From assembly GCF_009834535.1 (NCBI RefSeq), contig NC_045696.1, forward strand, positions 81,470,001 through 81,534,000: DNA of 64,000 nucleotides, in the 5' to 3' direction. Position 1 is the first letter of the stretch; the number at the start of each line of letters is the position of its first letter. Below are positions 56,061 through 64,000 of this stretch, piece after piece. Under the pieces are notes generated by a model. That model was given only the letters and a program-made list of their open reading frames with translations, had not been told where the DNA came from and did no database searches. This stretch comes from Camelus ferus. Taxonomy: Eukaryota. The position numbers were made by a program, and so were the translations under genes.

Positions 56061-58867
56061 TTTAAAAATAAAAAAAGTTTCTTCTACATTAAAAAAGTTC
56101 CTCAAAGCATTGTTTATAATAGTGAAAAAATGGAAATACTCTAAACAGCCACCAATAGGTGAATGACAAAGCTAAAAATGACAAGTAATAAAATTAAGCA
56201 ATGAAAAAAGATATTTGCTCTCATTTTATAGGTTGACCAATTGTTCCGAATTCCTGTGGCACTGTATAACAAGAAAATCTTGCTTCTGATACTGCAATTG
56301 TTAAAAGTAGTTTTAAAAATAACAAGTTTTTCTAAATACACACAGAGAACAGATGAATGGAAGCAAGAATATATATATATTTATTTGTTTGTTGTTTTGT
56401 TTTAATCATAGGTTTTAATGCTTTCCAATCAAATTAGTAAAGAAAAGGGCAAGCAGCAGTGACTTCAGTTCTTACTTCCCCGCCTGGTGCCGTTAGCTTT
56501 CATTTATAAGAATCTAACAAAGAACATTTCTAAGTTGGCAGAGTTAAAAACAATATTCTTCAGTAGTAATAAGTTGCTCCTCAGGGCCTCATTGCTGCTT
56601 GCACGGAAGGGCGGTAGCACATCTTTTGTCAAAGCTGTGCAGTTTGCTTCCATAGGACTGTTTGTCTGCAGTGTCATTTGAGTATATTTTTTTGGAGATG
56701 GGTAGTGCAATGCCTCGTGATGCTCAACGTATTACACTTCACAGCATGTGGCATAGAAAGAAAAAATTCCATAGAAAACAATGGTATTTTTAGTACATAT
56801 ACAGTTGGGTTTTTTTTACCATGCTTGAATGCTGATAACATTGATGATTGGAAAGTTTGGGTAAAGGGAAATGTACAGATTCCTGTTACATAAATTAGCT
56901 TCAGGCAAGTAAGATGAGTTTTAATAATTAATAAGTAAATTTCAGAGATGCAGACACTGTCTACTTTCTGTTACAGTGTGATCCTTTGTGATGTTAATAG
57001 AGCTGAAGTCTCGCAAAAGGAAGGATGCACACAATCTGATCCTGTAAGAAACCTTGTGAGATGCACAGACGCAGGACAGATATAGAGCTGCAGGAAGAGC
57101 AGACGTTTGAAATACAAATGCAACATGACAGAGAACAGAAACAAGGAACCGGGAAATGTGAAACTGGGAAGGAATAAAAGCAAAAAGAAACGTGCTGGGG
57201 ACGAATGAGGGTTAATCCTGATGGGATCTTCCATGCAGTGCTATAGAATGTCCTTCTGTCCATTCAAGAGAAAGAAGGGAGCAGCAACCAGTCTGGGGCA
57301 GGGAAAGCTTGGCAGCGTCTCCCTGCATATTTTTCACCTTTTACTTTTATGGTTTCTCTGACTCGAGGCATGGGACACTGGTGGGAACCTTCCTACTAAC
57401 ATTCCCTTACACACATACAACCTGGGAGCACAAAGGAGTTAACACTCCAAGGACAACCACTGACCAAGGCAGGACAGGAAACCGTGGATAAGTGTTCCCC
57501 TCTTCTGGATTAAAAGGGAAGTTGACAGGATGTGATTTGGGGCATAAAAGGTATCTGTCACAGTTGGCATTATTTTTCCCTCAGGTGTGTGGCAGTAGTG
57601 ACTGGTGAAGCTACCTGGGTGTTTTTCCTATAGGAAGTTTTAATTACAAATTCAATGTATTTAAAAGATATAAGACTATTCAGATTTTCTGTTTCTTGTG
57701 TATTTCTAAATTGTGTTTCTAAGTTGTATTTTTCTAGTAATTCATTTCATACAATTTGGAGTATTTTGGCATACAGTAATTTAAACTATCCTCATTTTTA
57801 ATTAAAGCGTAACGTATATGTATATAGAAAAGTACACAGATTATAAATTTGCAGCTTGATGAATTTTCACAAACAACACACAGTCATATATCCATCACCA
57901 TGATCAAGAAACAGAACATTACTAACACCCTAAGCCTACAAAATAAACGTTATTTTTTATAGTGTTAGTGTTGTTTAGATTTGTCCACAATTTAACCATT
58001 TTCTTTGCTCACTATTTCTTTCTAGGGTTATTTTCCTTTATCCTGAAGTATAGTTTAGAGAGTTCCTTTATGGGAGGGTCTGTTGATAGCAAATTTTCAG
58101 TTTCATTATCTAAAATGTCTTAAATGCATCTTTACTCTTGAAAGCTAGTTTCACACTTTACAGTTCTAGGTAGACAGTTCTTTTCTCTCAGCCCTTCAAA
58201 GATAATAACCCTCTGCTCTGGCTTCCATTGTTGCTGATGTGAAGTCAGCTGTTAATATAACTCCTGTTAGCAAATAGTTTGGCTTTTCTTTCTGGATGCT
58301 TTTAAAATAATTTTGCGTTTGTGTTTCCAAGTTTCACTATAATGTGTTTAAGTGTGCATTTATTTTCCGTTATCCTGTCTGAGGTTTATTGGGCTTCCTG
58401 AATCTAAGTATTCAGCCATTATTTCTCTCAGTTTTGCCTTTCCCTCATTTTCCCTGTTATATCCTTCTAGGTCTTCCATTTGACATAACTGGAACATTCT
58501 TAACTCTGACATTCTTGTCTCTTAACCTACCTTTTAATATTTTCTATCTCTTTGCTTTTCTTTGTTGCATTCTGAGTAATTTCCCATTCACCAGTTTTCT
58601 CTGCAGCTTTTGTCTACTCCCCTGTTTAACTCACCAACTCTTTCTAACTAAAGATTTTCTATTTTTAATTTCTAGAAGTTATATTTTCTTCCTTTTAAAA
58701 AAAATTCCTGGCCAATTTTGCTTGTCCCTGTTTCCCTTATAGGATTTTAAATCATTTTAGCTTTTAAGTACATTACAGATACTTATTTTATATTCTGTTT
58801 CTTATAATTCCAATATATACAGTCTCTTGTTTGGGTCTGACTTTATAGGCTTTTTAAACGTTAAACA

Positions 58868-59832
58868 TTTTTTTTTATTGAGTTACAGTCATTTTACAAT
58901 GTTGTGTCAAATTCCAGTGTAGAGCACAATTTTTCAGTTATATATGAACATACATACATTCATTGTCACATTCTCTTTCACTGTGAGCCACCACAAGATC
59001 CTGTATATATTTTCCCTCTGCTACACAGTACAATCTTGTTTATCTGTTCTACATTTTGAAATCCCAATCTGTCCCTTCCTACCCTCTGTCCCCCTGGCAA
59101 CCACAAGTTTGTATTCTATGTCTATGTTTTGTATTTATGTTTTGCTTTTTTTTTTTTTTAGATTCTGCATATGAGTGATCTCATATGGTACTTTTCTTTT
59201 TCTTTCTGGCTTACTTCACTTAGAATGACATTCTCCAGGAGCATCCATGTTGCTGCAAATGGCGTTATGTTGTCGGGTTTTATGGCTGAATAGTATTCCA
59301 TTTTATAAATATACCACTTCTTCTTTATCCAGTCATCTGTTGATGGACATTTAGGCTGTTTCCATGTCTTGGCTATTGTAAATAATGCTGCTATGAACAT
59401 TGGGATGCAGGTGTCATTTTGAAGTAGGGTTCCTTCTGGATATATGCCCAGGAGCGGTATTCCTGGGTCATATGGTAAGTCTATTCCTAGTCTTTTGAGG
59501 AATCTCCATACTGTTTTCCACAGTGGCTGCACCAAACTGCATTCTCACCAGCAGCGTAGGAAGGTTCCCTTTTCTCCACAGCCTCTCCAGCATTTGTCAT
59601 TTGTGGACTTTTGAATGATGGCCATTCTGACTGGTGTGAGGTGATACCTCATCGTAGTTTTGATTTGCATTTCTCTGATAATTAGTGATATTGAGCATTT
59701 TTTCATGTGCCTATCGATCATTTGTATTTCTTCTTTGGAGAATGGCTTGTTTAGGTCTTCTGCCCATTTTTGCAAATGAAACTGACAAAGGCTTGATCTC
59801 CAGAATATATAAGCAGCTCATACGACTTAATA
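58868..59832 (-). mobile_element. Young L1 3' end with an inverted 5' segment
   Basis: Minus-strand ORFs 59545-59775 and 59158-59535 encode the L1 ORF2 C-terminus. 59771-59832 is L1 in the opposite orientation. Direct repeat ggcttttta at 58848 and 59834. Confidence 0.9.
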
Positions 59833-60291
59833 TGGCTTTTTAGATTGATTTTCATTCATCGTGGCTTGTTTTCCTGTGTATTTATTGAGTTTTTTTTTTT
59901 TTTTAATTGTCAGCTCATATTTCAGAAAGCTTATCTCAGGGAATCCTTTGTGCTTGGATATACCGTGCATTCCTCCAGAAAAAATGTGCATTTGCTTCTG
60001 CCTGGTACCATGAAGTCAAGCACACTTTTAAACTACGTTTTTAGGTTGGAGCTTTTTCATGCTATTTGAGCAGAGCTAATTCTAGCCATAAACTGGTATG
60101 AGCATGGGGACAGGTCATTTCCATCCCCCTCCAAAAATTATTTTACTTTTTCACCAACTTAACCATACATTAGAAATTATTGATAAAACTATATTTTAGC
60201 CAGTTTTTTGGCTACATATGGAAGGTTTCTCTGTTAACCTAATCTGCCATATTGTGTCCTTCTATACCTTATTTCACTACTCTATTCAGAC

Positions 60292-60485
60292 CTGGTGTAC
60301 AGCACAATTTTTCAGCCATACATGAATACACATATATTCACTTTCATATTCTTTTTCACCATGAGCTACTACAAGATCTTGAATATATTCCCCTGTGCCA
60401 TACAGTGTAAACTTGTTTATCTATTCTATATATACCTGTCAGTATCTACAAATTTCGAACTTCCAGTCCGTCCCTTCCCACCCTA
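60292..60485 (-). mobile_element. L1 3' UTR fragment
   Basis: Similar to 58915-59090: gcacaattttt...acaagatcttgaatatattccctgtgc. Confidence 0.75.
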
Positions 60486-61759
60486 TATAATATATACATA
60501 CTTATATACTGTTTGTGTTTGTGAAATTTGGAAGAATTTGGTTATTTACAATATTTAATCTCACTATCTGCACATTTCTGGGTACTATTTTTCTTTTTTT
60601 AAAGTGTTTTCTAATTAAAAGAAAAAAATTCTGTTATTAGAAAATTTTCTGTTAATAGAAACTGTTTTCTAACTAGTTATTTTGGGATTACTAGTTATTC
60701 AGAAACACGTGTTGTTTTCGCAAATATTAAGCCTTTGTAAAAATGGTTTAATAGTTCTTTAGGGTTTTTTTTGTTTTGTTTTGTTTTGTTTTTGTCATGA
60801 CATGGGGGACTGCCAAAACAAGAAAAATAATAAATGACTCAATTAATGGCTTATTTTCAAAATATCCACCAGTACAAGGATCATTTCTGCCCTACAGCCC
60901 AGGCCATCCTTGAGGAGAAAATGCCAATTGCTCTTCTTTTCCTTCAATTTTTGGAAAATAAATGAAATTCTAGTGGTTCTTGAGGCAAACAACCAAAAAA
61001 ATCTTGAAATGTATTTCTTCCAGGAACTCAACACCTCTAGTTAGACCATATACATTGCATGCTTCGTTAAAGCATAGTTGTTATTACTACTAATCACTAT
61101 CATAAGGGACATACACAATTGTCACTTTCTAGTGTCAACCTCCAAATTAACAACAAAAGCCCACCCCATCCTCTACCCCTGGCTCCCAGTGCAATAGTTT
61201 CTCCTCCACAAAAAAAAAAAAAAAAAAAATTGCAAAACGCTGAGAGACGTGCCACTTTTCTGAAATGACGTTAACTTGTAATCCTTCTAACTCCGAACAC
61301 TTTTTTCTTTTGCCACTGTCACCACCACATATTCATCCTTTGTACATTTTAGTAATTAGGTCTCAGCAAATGTTCGTTGAATGTTAACTGGGAGGCATTT
61401 TGAATGGAACTCAGGAGTCCTGGATTAATTCTAAGGTTCATAAAATAGAATATATTACACACAACGTGTGAACAAATGAGCACTATGTATTTTTCACTTA
61501 AAGGTCGTTTGCTTGTTTGTGGGTTTGGTTTTTATTATCCTCAAGAACCTAGTTTATTTTGGCTCCCGGAAAAACTAATTTCCGTCAACAGTCATTTAGA
61601 AAACAAGACTCATGGTCAAAACACAGAGAAATAACTTTTTAGCTGGAGGATTATAATTGCAGTATAAAACAAGAATCCCCAAAGCAACATGAAACATTGC
61701 CTTGCCTTGATTGGAAAGAAGATCCAGGTGATTAGCGAAAAAATGTTTCCAACATCCCT

Positions 61760-62520
61760 GGGGCGTGTACTTCTAGAGCGGCCTCCCAAGCAATCAGTCC
61801 TAGGGACCACTGTGGTCAACCGGCGCTTGTAGTCACCAGCGTGAAACTGAGTCATTTCAGCTCGCGCCGCAAGTGGGCGCTGCCAGGAAGCCTGACGGCC
61901 TGTTGATTGTATTCTCCGCGGGCCACGCCCCCGGTTTCCTGGGTTACCGACCTCGGCGCTCCTCCCAAGTTCTCTTCCGGGAGGCGGTGATCTTACGTTC
62001 CCGGCGCGTGACGCACCACGCTTTGGTATAAATACGAGCGGCGCGGACGCTGCGTTCTCTCATCGCGCGGCCGGCTTTCCAAGATGGCGCCGGTGAGTGT
62101 GCGTGCTCTCCGCTGGACTATTTTACTCCGATATAGATGATTTTTGCAGCTCGCGAGTTGGGGGCGTCTCATTCAGATAAAGGGAGGGTGGGAATGGAGA
62201 CTCAGGTCAGGAATACAACCAAAATGTTAACGTTGTAGGCATTTTTGTGGCCCCTGGCAGCTGCCATGCGGTCTGGTGGAGTTCGACCTGGGCCCGGAGT
62301 TGGCTTAGGATGGGCGGCCGTGGGAGCGTGGGGAAGAAGGCACGACGGCGAACGGGGCTAGGGGACAGCATTTGGGCCGTTTCTTTTCTCTCGCGCGCGG
62401 ATGCTACCCTATTTGCAGCAGAAAGCCAAATGTGTCTAATCGGGCTAGTCTAATGGCCTTGCCAGGGCGGAGGCAGAGCCGAGGCTCTCGGCTCCCGCGA
62501 TAGCAGCGGTTACAGAAGTT
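61760..62520 (+). promoter_or_regulatory. RPL22L1: RPL22L1 CpG-island promoter: TATAAATA at 62027-62034, pyrimidine (TCT/TOP-like) start at about 62056, YY1 motif AAGATGGCG over the ATG
   Basis: Motifs read directly. The TATA-to-start spacing is about 30 bp. Confidence 0.85.
62084..62092 (+). CDS. RPL22L1: RPL22L1 exon 1 coding part (MAP)
   Basis: aagATGGCGCCG|gtgagt, in frame with the next exon. Confidence 0.92.
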
Positions 62521-63753
62521 TCAGAGAACTTTAAAACTGTGTTGGGGAAGAAGTTTCTTCATTACCTCGTGAAAGATAAAAGTGACGATTCTTAGGCAAA
62601 TTGTAAAAGAGTGTTTCAAAGGTTTTTATTAATAAGGGAACCAGTGAGATGTAAAAGCCGGCCCAGAAAACATTTGAAATGTTAGGGTAAAATTGCTGGG
62701 ATATATACAGAACTAATGTTCAATGGGACCATAAACACTCTGGGCTTATCTGTTCCACCAGACAAATTATTTGCGTTTCTTATGTTAACTAATGCCCCAA
62801 CAGAACTATAAATTGACCACTAAGGCCCAACTCCTAGTAACTAGTTAACCTAGTTTCCAGTCCCAGGTTTTGGATAAATTTTGGGGGCACAAGTTATTCC
62901 ACTGCCTAAGAAAGCCTCGGTAGCTGTTTGGGTGGATTTTACTTAAGTATTCTTATTCTATGGTATTGGTCTAAAAGGTTTGGGATTAGAAAACTTTAAG
63001 TTACACATATTTTTCAAATTAAAATTACTGTCAGACCTCTCCTGCCTTTCCCTCACCCATAGCAGCATAAGAAGTGAATTCTGTAGACATAAGTGGGTGA
63101 AATATCCTGTTCTGGCGTGTGATTGAGCTTGGACTAAGTGGTGCACTACCTGTTTCCCGTCTGCAGTGGGGATGGCAGTAGTGAAGCAGTTAAACAGTAC
63201 CTGGTAATTTAAAATTGAATATTCGTGGTATGGAAAATAATAAAAGCCCACAAAACTTTTCTTGATAACTCAAACACAGTGGGCCTGGTTAGAGGTTCAC
63301 ACCATCCCTGGTGGGTATTTTTTAGGTTTAACTTGTAGTAGAAAGTAGGCTGATCCTTTTAATCTTTTCCAGTTGCAAAAATAGGGTTTGGAGAATCTTC
63401 TGATGAAGGAAACTAAGTAGCTCACTATATACGTCGAACTTAATCTTGAGTTTTGTGCTTGTGAGACACTTGTATGACGAACAGGGAAAATTTCCATAGG
63501 AGTTCACGAAACTTGGTTTTTAACCAAGTTGATGAGAGTACTCCCCTTCAGACAGCCTGGTTGAAAAAAAGGGTATATCCAGTAGATACTAAAGCACTTT
63601 TTTTTTTTTAGAACCTTACACTACTTTATATATACAAACACACACACATCGCCTCACAACATGTTGTACATTATTGCACTGATACAGATTTTTTATTTTG
63701 TATGTAAAGTGAATAAATTATTGTAGAGAGTCATAATTATTAACTTTCTGTAG

Positions 63754-63846
63754 AAGAAAGACAAGAAGCCTAAGAAGTCAACCTGGAAGTTTAATTTGGA
63801 CCTTACTCATCCAGTAGAAGATGGAATTTTTGATTCTGGAAATTTT
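63754..63846 (+). CDS. RPL22L1: RPL22L1 exon 2 (KKDKKPKKSTWKFNLDLTHPVEDGIFDSGNF); the gene continues beyond the window
   Basis: ctgtag|AAG ... TTT|gtaagt. 93 bp. Contains the eL22 motif THPVEDGI with the paralog-type FDSGNF. Confidence 0.96.
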
Positions 63847-64000
63847 GTAAGTATCACTTCAGTCAGTTTGTTTTTATCATTATAGTAAAGTTCTTAATGA
63901 TGAATTAAGTATGTAATATTTGATTTTAACCTAAGCTCTATTCCTAGGGTACCTTCCCTAGTGAATATCTAGGGTTTTCTTCCCTAGTGTGGCACTTTTT

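Noticed and set aside
56990..57520. Possible LTR16-like fragment with short ORFs
   Set aside because: Weak motif resemblance only, and the ORFs have no recognisable product.

Overview
Mammalian genomic DNA, probably camelid (inferred from a tRNA-derived SINE at 47104 and the style of the L1 3' ends). The + strand gene order matches the human 3q26 block: the last three coding exons and 3' UTR of SLC2A2 (GLUT2), a repeat-rich intergenic region, the complete EIF5A2 gene (non-coding exon 1, four coding exons, 153 aa, about 4.6 kb 3' UTR), and the promoter plus exons 1-2 of RPL22L1. An L1-mediated processed copy of CUL2 lies between SLC2A2 and EIF5A2 (10778-13419). It has a TSD, five frameshifts confined to its 5' part, an in-frame deletion of about 100 codons and an open 350-codon C-terminal frame. 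The most notable non-gene signals are twin RPL22-consensus-like hairpins in RPL22L1 intron 2, an inverted repeat enclosing an EIF5A2 poly(A) signal, exon-sized GC mosaicism in the CUL2 retrocopy and a twin-primed inverted L1. Repeat family names and comparisons with human proteins are from recall, not database searches. I found no convincing wholly new biological system.
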